The notes under the pieces were generated by a model. It ran no database searches and was not told the origin of the DNA. It saw only the letters and a list, made by a program, of their open reading frames with translations. A stretch of 64,000 bases of DNA from a virus: the IMG/VR virus record IMGVR_UViG_3300020185_004014, positions 2,620-66,619 of that record; one strand, written 5' to 3'. Both the position numbers and the translations under genes were made by a program. Shown here piece after piece: positions 36,534 through 45,864 of this stretch. Numbering within the stretch: position 1 is the first letter of the stretch; each line of letters begins with the position of its first letter.

Positions 36534-39272
36534 ATGAGACAAATCTCAAAATTTGCTTTAGTGGGAGTTCTTTGCATGATCTCTTCACTATCCTTTGCCC
36601 AAATTACGGGTAAAGTCACTGATGCTACTACAGGCGATGGCCTACCTGGAGCAACAGTTTTAATAGAAGGTAACACTACTGGTATTTCAACCACTGTAGA
36701 TGGTACCTTTAAACTAGATGCTACACCAGAGGGAACTTTGGTGGTCAGCTTTATCGGTTATGAAACTGCTAATTTGACAGCTAAAACTGATATGGGAAAT
36801 ATTTCCTTACAACCTACAGCATTAGGCTTAGCAGCAGCTTCAGTTGTTGCTAATGTAATTGATGTAGCTAAGGTTAGAGAAACCCCTGTAGCTGTATCTA
36901 CAATCTCCCCTCAAGAGATTGCACTAAAAGTAGGAAACCAAGAGTTTCCTGAAATTATGAATTCCACCCCTGGTGTTTATGCTACAAAGCAGGGAGGTGG
37001 ATATGGTGACTCACGTATTAGTTTACGTGGTTTTGACCAACGTAACACATCTTTCCTTATTAATGGTCAACCTGTTAATGATATGGAAAATGGGTGGGTT
37101 TATTGGTCCAATTGGCAAGGTCTAACTGATGTTGCCTCTGGTATCCAAATCCAAAGAGGTTTAGGTGCTTCTAGACTCGCAGTGCCTTCTGTTGGAGGTA
37201 CTGTTTCTATTTTCACTAAAGCTGCTGATAAAGAACAGGGTGGTAGTGTTTCCCAAACCATTGGTAACGATGGTTACACTAAAACTTCTGCTAACTATAA
37301 TAGTGGTAAAAATGAAAACGGATGGGCTACATCTTTCTTGTTAAGCAAATGGGCTGGTAACGGCTATGTTGACAACACCTCAGGAGAGGGTTGGACATAC
37401 TTTGGTGCTGTAGGTTATGAACCAGAAGGATCAAAACATGCCCTTAATTTATCTGTTTTAGGAGCAGGTCAGTGGCACCATCAAAGAGATGTTTGGGTAT
37501 CAATCCGTGACGCTCAAACTTTTGGAGAACAAAATAGTGATGGTATTAATACCCGTTGGAATTCAAATGGAGGTACTTTAAATGGTGAGGAGTTTAGCAT
37601 GCGTAGAAATTTCTATAATAAACCACTTGCTACTTTTAACTGGGATTGGGATATTAATGAAAATCTAGCCCTCAATACTTCACTTTACGGCTCAGCTGGT
37701 AGAGGTGGTGGAACAGGTCCTCGTGGTAAAAATTACAATGTCCACCCTTATAGAAAGGATTTGTATGAATTTATGTACGAGGATAGTATTACACAATTCC
37801 GTAATGAGGATGGTACTATTGATTTTGATGCTATTGTTGCTGATAACCAAGCGGGTGCCAGTGCTGGATATGGAACAGGTGATTCATTGTTAATGGGTAG
37901 TGATTTTTATGGCCAGTTAATTGGTTCTAATGGTTATAATGAAAATGGTGTTTACAAAAGTGGTATGGTTCGTAGAGCTTCTATGAATTCACATGACTGG
38001 GTAGGTGCAATTTCAAACCTCGAATATGATAAAGATAATTGGAGAGCATCTATTGGTTTAGATCTTCGTAGATATAAAGGATATCACTATCGTACTATTA
38101 ATAACTTAATGGGATTTGATGCTTATTACTCTACAGGTAATGATAACAGTAACGGTCAATTTGTTAATACAACTGTTGAAGCTAGCCCATTCCAAAACAC
38201 CGGTTTAAACGGTCCTAAAATTGATTACTACAATGTTGGTAATGTTGGATGGGCTGGTGTCAATGGTTTAGTTGAATACAGTGATGACGATAAATTAACA
38301 GCAGTTGTCCAAGCTGGTCTATCTAACCAATCTTTCCAACGTGAAGATTATTTCGACCAAGCACAAAACCCCATCTCAGAAACTGCCAACTTAACTGGAG
38401 GGTATCTCAAGGGAGGTGCTAACTATAACTTAGATGAGGCTAGTAACGTATTTTTTAATGCCGGCTTTATCTCACGTCAACCTAACTTTGGAGGTGTTTT
38501 CCCAAGCTATGCTAACAATATTAATGACGAACTCCAAAATGAAGAAATTACATCATTTGAGTTAGGATATGGTTATAATAGTGATGTATTAACACTTAAT
38601 GCTAACGTTTATGCTACTACATGGGGTAATAGGTTCCGTTCATTATCTTTGACAAACGCTCAAGGTATTGATGGATTTGCCCAATTTAGGGACATTGACG
38701 TGCAGCATAATGGTGTTGAACTAGAAGGCGTTTATCGTCCAACTAACCGTTTAAAAGTTAAAGGTGCTCTATCTATAGGTGATTGGAGATACACTAAGAA
38801 CTTTGAAGCTGAATTGTTTGATGACCAACAGCAATCTATTGGTACTGGTACTCTTTACACTGAAGGTGCTAAAGTTGGTGATGCTGCTCAATTTGTAGCG
38901 AATGCCGGTGTAGATTATAGAATCGGAAATAATATTAATGTTGACTTAGCCTATAGATTTGTAGATGGGTTATACGCTGATTATGGAATTACTGATTCTG
39001 ATTTTGCTAATCCTGATAACTTAGGTGCTTTGAAATTACCTTCATATGGTTTGGTAGATTTGGGTGCAACAGCTCGTTTTAATCTGTTTGACCACGATGC
39101 TTCATTCAGAGTTAACTGTAATAACTTACTAAATACAACCTATATCGCTGAGTCTAATACTAACATCCATGCTGATGAAAATTCAACTACATGGAACGGT
39201 GTTGACACACAGAACTTTGTATGGTTTGGATTTGGGCGCACTTGGAATGCTTCGTTGAAATACACATTCTAA
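36534..39272 (+). CDS. TonB-dependent outer-membrane receptor (Bacteroidota type)
   Basis: Signal peptide; ITGKVTDA...LPGATV...SFIGY N-terminal domain; plug ETPVAVS...PGVY...LRGF; C-terminal GRTWNASLKYTF. Confidence 0.93.
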   Translation: MRQISKFALVGVLCMISSLSFAQITGKVTDATTGDGLPGATVLIEGNTTGISTTVDGTFKLDATPEGTLVVSFIGYETANLTAKTDMGNISLQPTALGLAAASVVANVIDVAKVRETPVAVSTISPQEIALKVGNQEFPEIMNSTPGVYATKQGGGYGDSRISLRGFDQRNTSFLINGQPVNDMENGWVYWSNWQGLTDVASGIQIQRGLGASRLAVPSVGGTVSIFTKAADKEQGGSVSQTIGNDGYTKTSANYNSGKNENGWATSFLLSKWAGNGYVDNTSGEGWTYFGAVGYEPEGSKHALNLSVLGAGQWHHQRDVWVSIRDAQTFGEQNSDGINTRWNSNGGTLNGEEFSMRRNFYNKPLATFNWDWDINENLALNTSLYGSAGRGGGTGPRGKNYNVHPYRKDLYEFMYEDSITQFRNEDGTIDFDAIVADNQAGASAGYGTGDSLLMGSDFYGQLIGSNGYNENGVYKSGMVRRASMNSHDWVGAISNLEYDKDNWRASIGLDLRRYKGYHYRTINNLMGFDAYYSTGNDNSNGQFVNTTVEASPFQNTGLNGPKIDYYNVGNVGWAGVNGLVEYSDDDKLTAVVQAGLSNQSFQREDYFDQAQNPISETANLTGGYLKGGANYNLDEASNVFFNAGFISRQPNFGGVFPSYANNINDELQNEEITSFELGYGYNSDVLTLNANVYATTWGNRFRSLSLTNAQGIDGFAQFRDIDVQHNGVELEGVYRPTNRLKVKGALSIGDWRYTKNFEAELFDDQQQSIGTGTLYTEGAKVGDAAQFVANAGVDYRIGNNINVDLAYRFVDGLYADYGITDSDFANPDNLGALKLPSYGLVDLGATARFNLFDHDASFRVNCNNLLNTTYIAESNTNIHADENSTTWNGVDTQNFVWFGFGRTWNASLKYTF

Positions 39273-39292
39273 TAGCGTATAATACAATTTTA

Positions 39293-39326
39293 AGAAGGCT
39301 ACTCCCTTAACGGGGAGTAGCCCTCT
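39293..39326 (+). terminator. hairpin after the TonB receptor gene
   Basis: GGCTACTCCC-TTAACG-GGGAGTAGCC; weak U-tract. Confidence 0.65.
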
Positions 39327-39346
39327 AAATTTTATATTTTTACCAA

Positions 39347-39655
39347 ATGATTAAAATTTTTGAAGAAAGTACCCTCCAACAAGATTTGGATACAAATCAA
39401 AAACTTTACCTTTATTTTTATTCTACTAGCTGTGGACCTTGTAAAATAACAACCCCCTTAATAGAAGAATTTGGGAATACTACTAATAATATAGTATATC
39501 CTATAGCCTCCTTTGAAGGAGAGGAATTACAAAAACAGCTAAATGTAGCAGCCTACCCTAGTATAATTGTAATAAAAAATAATAAGGTAGTAAAAGGAGC
39601 AATTGGACAAGAAGAAGTAAAAAAAATTATAGAAAATGACCCCAGCAATAAGTGA
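39347..39655 (+). CDS. thioredoxin-like protein
   Basis: FYSTSCGPCK, cis-Pro AAYPS. Confidence 0.85.
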   Translation: MIKIFEESTLQQDLDTNQKLYLYFYSTSCGPCKITTPLIEEFGNTTNNIVYPIASFEGEELQKQLNVAAYPSIIVIKNNKVVKGAIGQEEVKKIIENDPSNK

Positions 39656-40148
39656 AAAAGAGTTAGACTTTAAATTAAAGTTAATCGCTAAAAAAATAAA
39701 TGACGAACATAAAGATGATCCTGTTCCTGTAGTACTTGTTTGTATTTTAAATGGAGGATTTATGTTTTTTAGTGATTTAGTAAAACAAATCACGGTACCA
39801 ATTGAAATAGATTTTATTAGGTGTAAGTCTTATCTTGGAAGACAACAAGGTGATTTAGTTATTACTAAAGATCTAGAAACTAAAATTAAAAACAAACATG
39901 TTTACCTTGTGGATGATATCTTAGACTCAGGGAATACTATGAAAGCGGTATCTAAATTTTTGCAAGTAAAAGAACCTAAATCTATTACCCCAATTGCGGC
40001 CATTTATAAAGAAAACGGGGATTTTGATAAAGTACTTCATATATTACATCAACCAACTGATTCCACATCTAACCCATGGTATATAGGGTATGGTATGGAT
40101 GATGAAAATGGACATAATAGAAATTTAAGCACAATTTATATAATTTAA
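39636..40148 (+). CDS. hpt: hypoxanthine/guanine phosphoribosyltransferase
   Basis: CILNGGFMFFSDL, VYLVDDILDSGNT PRPP motif, IGYGMD. Confidence 0.9.
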   Translation: MTPAISEKELDFKLKLIAKKINDEHKDDPVPVVLVCILNGGFMFFSDLVKQITVPIEIDFIRCKSYLGRQQGDLVITKDLETKIKNKHVYLVDDILDSGNTMKAVSKFLQVKEPKSITPIAAIYKENGDFDKVLHILHQPTDSTSNPWYIGYGMDDENGHNRNLSTIYII

Positions 40149-40844
40149 ATGGAAAATAAAAGAAGAAAGTTGCACAACGATATTGAGTGTGTGCCTGTGG
40201 GTTATGCCAATGGATCAGCAATGGATCGACCCCTTACATCTCATGAAAAGGAGGTAATGATTAATGAAGCAGCAGATGCTTATAGTAAATTTTTAGATGC
40301 CTTAAAATGTGATTGGAGAAACGACCCTAATTCAATGGAAACACCTAAAAGGGTAGCTAAAGCATATGTAAATGACTTATGGGCGGGTAGGTATAACGGA
40401 TTCACAGATATTACGTCTTTTCCTAGTGATGGTTATGACGGTATTGTCATTGAACGTAATATTCCCCTTACTAGTATGTGTTCCCATCATCACCAAACTA
40501 TTAGAGGTGTTGTTCATATTGGTTACGTCGCAGGAGCCGAAGGAAGAGTAATTGGTTTATCTAAACTTAACCGAATTGTAGAACATTTTGGAAGAAGGGG
40601 AGCAATCCAAGAACAACTCACCTCAGCTATCCATGGGGGTGTAGAAAAGGTATGTGAAGGTAATTTAGGAGTTATTGTTACTATAGTTGCTACCCACAAC
40701 TGCGTAAGTTGTAGAGGCATTAAACATTCAGGAGCAGCTATGGTAACAACTAAAGCATCTGGTGTATTTAGAGATGATACAAATCAAGCACGTAAAGAAT
40801 TTTTCGATAGCTTGAAAATTAACAATGGAGGACATCAAATTTAA
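40149..40844 (+). CDS. folE: GTP cyclohydrolase I
   Basis: ETPKRVAK, SMCSHH, GLSKLNR, QEQLT, HNCVSCRG. Confidence 0.95.
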   Translation: MENKRRKLHNDIECVPVGYANGSAMDRPLTSHEKEVMINEAADAYSKFLDALKCDWRNDPNSMETPKRVAKAYVNDLWAGRYNGFTDITSFPSDGYDGIVIERNIPLTSMCSHHHQTIRGVVHIGYVAGAEGRVIGLSKLNRIVEHFGRRGAIQEQLTSAIHGGVEKVCEGNLGVIVTIVATHNCVSCRGIKHSGAAMVTTKASGVFRDDTNQARKEFFDSLKINNGGHQI

Positions 40845-40849
40845 AAGTT

Positions 40850-41368
40850 ATGAATAAACAGTTAGAATTATTTACAAAAGTTCCATTTGTGGACGAGGTA
40901 GAAGAGTTTAATGATTTAATGAATAAACCCAATAATTATGAACCTATTATACCCGAAACAAAAGAATGGGAGTTCGTTTACAACTTCGTATTGGAAGAAC
41001 TTGAAGAATATAGAGAGGCATGTCAACGAGGTGACATCGTTGAAGTTTTGGACGCTTTGTGCGACATTGCTTATGTCTCATTGGGGAATGGAACTATGCT
41101 ACACGGTCTTAAGGATAAAATTTGGCCCGCCTATCAAGAAGTCCAAGCCTCTAACTTATCAAAAGCTTGCTCGACTGAAGATGAAGCACGAGCAACAGTT
41201 GAAAAAAGATCCGAAGAGCAAGGTGAGTCCTGCCACTATGAAAAGGTTGGTAGTAAGTATATTGTTTATCGCACGCGTGACCGTAAAGTAATGAAAAATA
41301 TTAACTACTTTAGACCAGACCTCAAACAGTTTTTTACTGAAAATGAAATAAAAAATGTCACTACGTGA
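40850..41368 (+). CDS. MazG-like all-alpha nucleotide pyrophosphohydrolase
   Basis: EELEEY, EVLDALCDIAYV, EVQASNLSK, KVMK...YFRPDL. Confidence 0.8.
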   Translation: MNKQLELFTKVPFVDEVEEFNDLMNKPNNYEPIIPETKEWEFVYNFVLEELEEYREACQRGDIVEVLDALCDIAYVSLGNGTMLHGLKDKIWPAYQEVQASNLSKACSTEDEARATVEKRSEEQGESCHYEKVGSKYIVYRTRDRKVMKNINYFRPDLKQFFTENEIKNVTT

Positions 41369-41681
41369 TTATGAGGGTTGGAGACGTTACTCTAAATGGA
41401 AGCGTGAAAACCGTGATGCTTGGGAACGTAGTATTAAAAAACAAGAACAAATGAGTGATGGACTAACAGAAGCTTTAAAAGGAGCTAAGTATACACGGCA
41501 TAAAGCCATACCCGTAAAAAATATCAGCCAAATGCCAGACCAAAAATGGCATCGTATAGTTTCATTTGTTAAGTCTGGGGTACGTATATTGGGGTATTGT
41601 TTTATTCCTTTTAATTTAATAATCGCCACAATTTTACTTATAATTAGTGAAGTTGTAGGCATAATCGAAGAATTAGTATGA
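41355..41681 (+). CDS. small membrane protein
   Basis: C-terminal hydrophobic HRIVSFVKSGVRILG...GIIEELV. Confidence 0.6.
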   Translation: MSLRDYEGWRRYSKWKRENRDAWERSIKKQEQMSDGLTEALKGAKYTRHKAIPVKNISQMPDQKWHRIVSFVKSGVRILGYCFIPFNLIIATILLIISEVVGIIEELV

Positions 41682-41929
41682 AAAAATTATTATACTTTAG
41701 CGCGCCATGGTGCTCACCTTGTAAAACACTAGGCCCTATCATGGAACAAGTAAGCCAACAAGTTAACGTTAAAAAAATTAATGTTGATGATAGCCCTGAA
41801 ATGGCATCTCATTATGGAGTACGAAACGTCCCCACTGTAATTTCAATCACAGAACTTGGGGAAGAAAAAGGTAGACTTGTAGGAGTACAATCAGGTCAAA
41901 CCTATATCGATATGTATAATCAAATTTAA
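41678..41929 (+). CDS. trxA: thioredoxin
   Basis: FSAPWCSPCK, INVD, VRNVPT. Confidence 0.85.
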   Translation: MKKLLYFSAPWCSPCKTLGPIMEQVSQQVNVKKINVDDSPEMASHYGVRNVPTVISITELGEEKGRLVGVQSGQTYIDMYNQI

Positions 41930-42972
41930 TGTTTAAGAAGCTACAAGAGAGAATATTCCCCTTTGTAATAGCCTTAAGTGCCCTATCAGTATCGGCATCT
42001 GCAGCATTTTACTCAGTCACTGGACTAAGTAAATTGTTTGCAGGTGCTTCAACTGAGGTGTTCATAATGGCGGGGTCATTAGAAATTTCTAAACTTGTAA
42101 TAGCTTCACTATTATACCAATATTGGGATACTCTTAATAAATTACTTAAAATTTATTTAAGTATAGCTTGTTTAGTATTAATATTGATAACATCTGCTGG
42201 TATTTATGGGTTCTTATCGGCTGCTTATCAAGAAACTGCGGCCCTAGCGGGTAATATTGATGCTCAAATTTCTTTAGTAGAAGTTAAAAGGGATAATATT
42301 CAAGAACAGTTAGCGGTTTATAATGAAGAAAAATCTTCTATTAACGAGGCCGTAACTGAATTAAGATCGGGGTTATCCAACAATGTAATACAGTATAAAG
42401 ACAAGGAAACCGGTGAGATTATAACAACTACTTCATCTTCTACTCGCAGAGCATTAGAAAAACAACTTGATCAGGCTATTGATAGACAAACTAAAATTAA
42501 TAATAAAGTTGACGAACTGAATACCCAACTATTTGAATATGAAACTGAAATAGTTGAAATCCAATCAGGGAGTGAAGTTGCAAGCGAGCTAGGTCCCCTT
42601 AAATACCTCTCTGGATTAACAGATGTAGGTATGGATTCTATTATAAATTATCTTCTTTTAATAATAATTTTTGTTTTTGACCCTTTGGCCATAGCTTTAG
42701 TAGTAGCTGCAAATTTTGCTTTTGCCCAATTAAAATCTAAAAATAAACCTAATGAGGCTTTAAAGCAAGCCTATGAAAGACATAAAAAAGAAGTTATAAA
42801 AGAAGAGGATTTAGATTTAGATGAATTAGTATTAAAAAGTCAAGTTTCAAAAATCAAAAAGGAGAAACCATTAGAGGTATACGGGGAAACTAATCCCCCA
42901 TCAACCCAATCCCCCCCTCCTCCACCTCCTCATTCTTTTAAAAAAAAAAGAGGAGCAACCCCACAGATTTAA
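41929..42972 (+). CDS. membrane protein, TM-coiled coil-TM architecture
   Basis: Three N-terminal TMs, long heptad region, ELGPLKY, IFVFDPLAI. Confidence 0.7.
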   Translation: MFKKLQERIFPFVIALSALSVSASAAFYSVTGLSKLFAGASTEVFIMAGSLEISKLVIASLLYQYWDTLNKLLKIYLSIACLVLILITSAGIYGFLSAAYQETAALAGNIDAQISLVEVKRDNIQEQLAVYNEEKSSINEAVTELRSGLSNNVIQYKDKETGEIITTTSSSTRRALEKQLDQAIDRQTKINNKVDELNTQLFEYETEIVEIQSGSEVASELGPLKYLSGLTDVGMDSIINYLLLIIIFVFDPLAIALVVAANFAFAQLKSKNKPNEALKQAYERHKKEVIKEEDLDLDELVLKSQVSKIKKEKPLEVYGETNPPSTQSPPPPPPHSFKKKRGATPQI

Positions 42973-42992
42973 CAATAGATTATAATTAAGTT

Positions 42993-44678
42993 ATGTTTAA
43001 GAAATGCTACGCTGAGTATGCTGGTAAGAACCAGTATAAGATACACCTATGGGAGGAGAATGATTACAATATTATTCCTTACCGCGTCCCCGCTTATATA
43101 GAGTGTTCTGAAAATGAAGCCGAATACCAAGGTCTAAAGGGTGAATGGTTAAAAAAGACTTATAACTGGGATAAAGACAATCCACGTCTTCATTTTCATG
43201 ATATGCCTGCTTACCAAAAATTTCTTATTGAAAAATATGGGGTTGATGATAATATATCTAAAGGACACCGTGAAGTATTTTTTGATATAGAGATTGAAAT
43301 GGGTGGGGCACTTACAGAAGAATATATCCAATCTGCTCCCAAACCAGTAACATCAATTGCTTGGTATGATAAAACCCCTGATGAATGGGTTATCCTTATT
43401 TTAGATAAGAAAGGCCAAATTAAACATACTAAGGGGCATAAAGAAATCATCCCTGTAGCTACTGAAGAAGAACTATTAGCCACATTTATTGAGAAGTTTA
43501 GAGAAATTAATCCCGATATTCTCGTAGGGTGGAATAGTGACTATTTTGATATTCCTTATCTCTATTTTAGAATTTGTAATGTGTTAGGGGAGGAATTTGC
43601 TAATGCTTTATCTCCTATAGATGTTGTAAAGGATGAAAGTCAATGGAACCGCAATGGATGGCTTAACATTGCGGGAGTTGAATCACTAGACTATATGAAA
43701 TTACATAAAAAGTTTAGTTTTAGAGATGAACCATCAATGAGGTTAGATGCCATTGGAGAAAAATATGTTAATTTAGGTAAGATTGAGTACGATGGTAATC
43801 TAGATAGACTATTTGAAGATGACATCCAGAAGTTTATTCAATATAACTTTAGGGATGTAGAAATACTTAAAGAACTTGATGAAAAATTTGAATATATTGG
43901 TCTAGTAAAAAACCTATCACATAAGGGTAAACACAACTATGGGGAGGTATATGCTAACACCAAAACCCAAGACGGAGCCATCTCAGCTTACTTGCTAAGC
44001 CAGAACATTATTCCTCCTTCTCGGGATAGAAATCCTATATTTAAAAAAGGGTATGCTGGTGGGTATTTATTTTGCCCCCAGGCGGGTCTTTATAAGTATA
44101 TGTTTGATGAGGATTTAACTTCATTGTATCCTTCTATTATTATGTCCCTTAATATAGGTAAAGAAACTTATGTAGGTAGAATATTAGATTTATTTGATGA
44201 TAGAAATAATCGTTTAGGATTAAATGATTTACAAGCAATGGATCCTGATAAAAAATTATGTGTTGAAAATCCCCAACGCAAACAAACTTATATTGAGTGT
44301 GGTAAAATTATTGAAACTATAACAACTAATAACCTAGCCATATCAGCAAATGGGGTAATGTTTAGAACTGATAAACAATCAGTGCTGTCAACCATACTTG
44401 CTAAATGGTTTGATGAAAGAGTAGAATACAAAGGTTATATGAAAAAAGCATACAAATCTGGTAATAAAGAAAAGGGTGCATTTTGGCACCAACGTCAACA
44501 CACCATGAAAATTTTGTTGAACAGTTTGTATGGTGCAACCGCCCTTGGTAGCTTTAGATATGGAAATGTAATTTTAAGTGAAGCTATAACTTTAAGTGGT
44601 CAACGCATTATTCAAGAGAGTGCTTTATGTGCCAATCGACACATGAACAAAGTAATTAAAAATGAAATAACATTATGA
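42993..44678 (+). CDS. family B DNA polymerase, N-terminal part (3'-5' exonuclease, motifs A and B)
   Basis: FFDIE, GWNSDYFDIPY, YNFRDV, YAGGY, DLTSLYPSII, KILLNSLYG, ITLSGQ; no DTDS. Confidence 0.92.
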   Translation: MFKKCYAEYAGKNQYKIHLWEENDYNIIPYRVPAYIECSENEAEYQGLKGEWLKKTYNWDKDNPRLHFHDMPAYQKFLIEKYGVDDNISKGHREVFFDIEIEMGGALTEEYIQSAPKPVTSIAWYDKTPDEWVILILDKKGQIKHTKGHKEIIPVATEEELLATFIEKFREINPDILVGWNSDYFDIPYLYFRICNVLGEEFANALSPIDVVKDESQWNRNGWLNIAGVESLDYMKLHKKFSFRDEPSMRLDAIGEKYVNLGKIEYDGNLDRLFEDDIQKFIQYNFRDVEILKELDEKFEYIGLVKNLSHKGKHNYGEVYANTKTQDGAISAYLLSQNIIPPSRDRNPIFKKGYAGGYLFCPQAGLYKYMFDEDLTSLYPSIIMSLNIGKETYVGRILDLFDDRNNRLGLNDLQAMDPDKKLCVENPQRKQTYIECGKIIETITTNNLAISANGVMFRTDKQSVLSTILAKWFDERVEYKGYMKKAYKSGNKEKGAFWHQRQHTMKILLNSLYGATALGSFRYGNVILSEAITLSGQRIIQESALCANRHMNKVIKNEITL

Positions 44679-44938
44679 GTTTAAAACCACAATCAATACG
44701 AAATAACGTAAAAATTCTCTGTAATGATGATCCTATCTCTAAACAGGAAATTATAGATATGAGTGCCCTTTGGAGTGAAAAACAAATCATTTTCTTTAAA
44801 AAAATGTTAAAACAGGGAGGTACTGCTAAAATTAATAATACAAAATTTAAAATTATTATTGATGATCCTATTTTAACCTCTAGAGGAGAAAAAGATGGAG
44901 GTATAATACAAGTTCCTGACGCTGATACTAGATTTTAA
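44675..44938 (+). CDS. hypothetical protein between the two PolB parts
   Basis: 87 aa; ATGA and TAATG overlaps with both polymerase ORFs. Confidence 0.7.
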   Translation: MSLKPQSIRNNVKILCNDDPISKQEIIDMSALWSEKQIIFFKKMLKQGGTAKINNTKFKIIIDDPILTSRGEKDGGIIQVPDADTRF

Positions 44939-45864
44939 TGATACACTTAGAAGAAACCCCGTGGTGGATTTGTGATGAGGGTGATTATAACTTCTGTGCC
45001 TATGTGGATACAGACTCTAATTATTTTAATGCTGAACCTCTTTTAAAACATTTATATCCTAATTTTGAGGAAATGAGTGATGAAGAAAAAGATAATGTAT
45101 TAGAACAAGTAGCACTCAAGTACCAAGACATTATCACAGCTGATTATGATAGATTGGCTAGGGATTGTTTTAATATACAAGAGCACCGTCTTGAAATGAA
45201 AACTGAGTGCGTTATTCGTTCTGCATATTTTAGAGCTACCCGTAGATATGCACAGTGGATAACTAAACAAGAGGGTATTGCTAAAGAATCACTTGATGTT
45301 AAGGGACTTGAATTTAAAAAAGCTAATTTTCCCCCTATATTTGGAGAGTTTTTTAATGATATCTTAGAACAGATTCTAAAAGGTGCTGAACAAAAACATA
45401 TTGATAAGTTAATTATGGATTTTAGAAACCATGTTATGTCTAAAGATTTAGATATTGTCCAACTAGGCAACCCAACATCAGTAAAAACACTAAATGAGTA
45501 TGTAGTTCGTAAACCCCGAGCAGGAGAAGTGATGACTGAATTAAAAAAAGGTGCTCCTGTTAATGTCAAAGCAGCAGTAAAATATAATGATTTACTTAAC
45601 TTTTGGGGTATAAAAGACCATAGTGAAATAGTACAAGGTGATAAAATCAAATGGATATACCTAAAAGATAACCCTTACAAAATTGAACAATTAGGATTCC
45701 TAACCTTTGACATGCCAGATAAAATTCGTACATTCCTTGAAGACCATGCTGATAGGAAGAAATCATTTGAGACTATACTACAAAGTAAGTTAGAAAATTT
45801 TTATCGTGATCTTGGTTGGACCCTTAACTTGAACCCTAATATTAACAAATTCTTTAGTTTCTAA
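44938..45864 (+). CDS. family B DNA polymerase, C-terminal part (motif C and thumb)
   Basis: AYVDTDS, RRYA, VKGLE, GDKIKWIYL, C-terminal FFSF clamp-binding-like motif. Confidence 0.9.
   Translation: MIHLEETPWWICDEGDYNFCAYVDTDSNYFNAEPLLKHLYPNFEEMSDEEKDNVLEQVALKYQDIITADYDRLARDCFNIQEHRLEMKTECVIRSAYFRATRRYAQWITKQEGIAKESLDVKGLEFKKANFPPIFGEFFNDILEQILKGAEQKHIDKLIMDFRNHVMSKDLDIVQLGNPTSVKTLNEYVVRKPRAGEVMTELKKGAPVNVKAAVKYNDLLNFWGIKDHSEIVQGDKIKWIYLKDNPYKIEQLGFLTFDMPDKIRTFLEDHADRKKSFETILQSKLENFYRDLGWTLNLNPNINKFFSF

Noticed and set aside
28806-39272. Host chromosome, prophage boundary or chimeric assembly, given the cell-like genes
   Set aside because: These genes interleave tightly with phage-type que, thyX and endolysin genes on the same strand and share upstream motifs; no integrase or att site seen. 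Read coverage should still confirm.
44675-44938. Intein, group I intron or homing endonuclease in polB
   Set aside because: No Cys/Ser start or His-Asn end, no LAGLIDADG/HNH/GIY-YIG motif, and no non-coding space for a ribozyme core.
44673-44949. Possible translational bypass joining the PolB halves: TTA-TGA at 44673 and in-frame TTA at 44947, like T4 gene 60 take-off and landing codons
   Set aside because: The gap is about 270 nt versus about 50 nt in gene 60, TTA is very common here, no take-off hairpin is evident, and the C-terminal half has its own coupled ATG. Proteomics could still test it.
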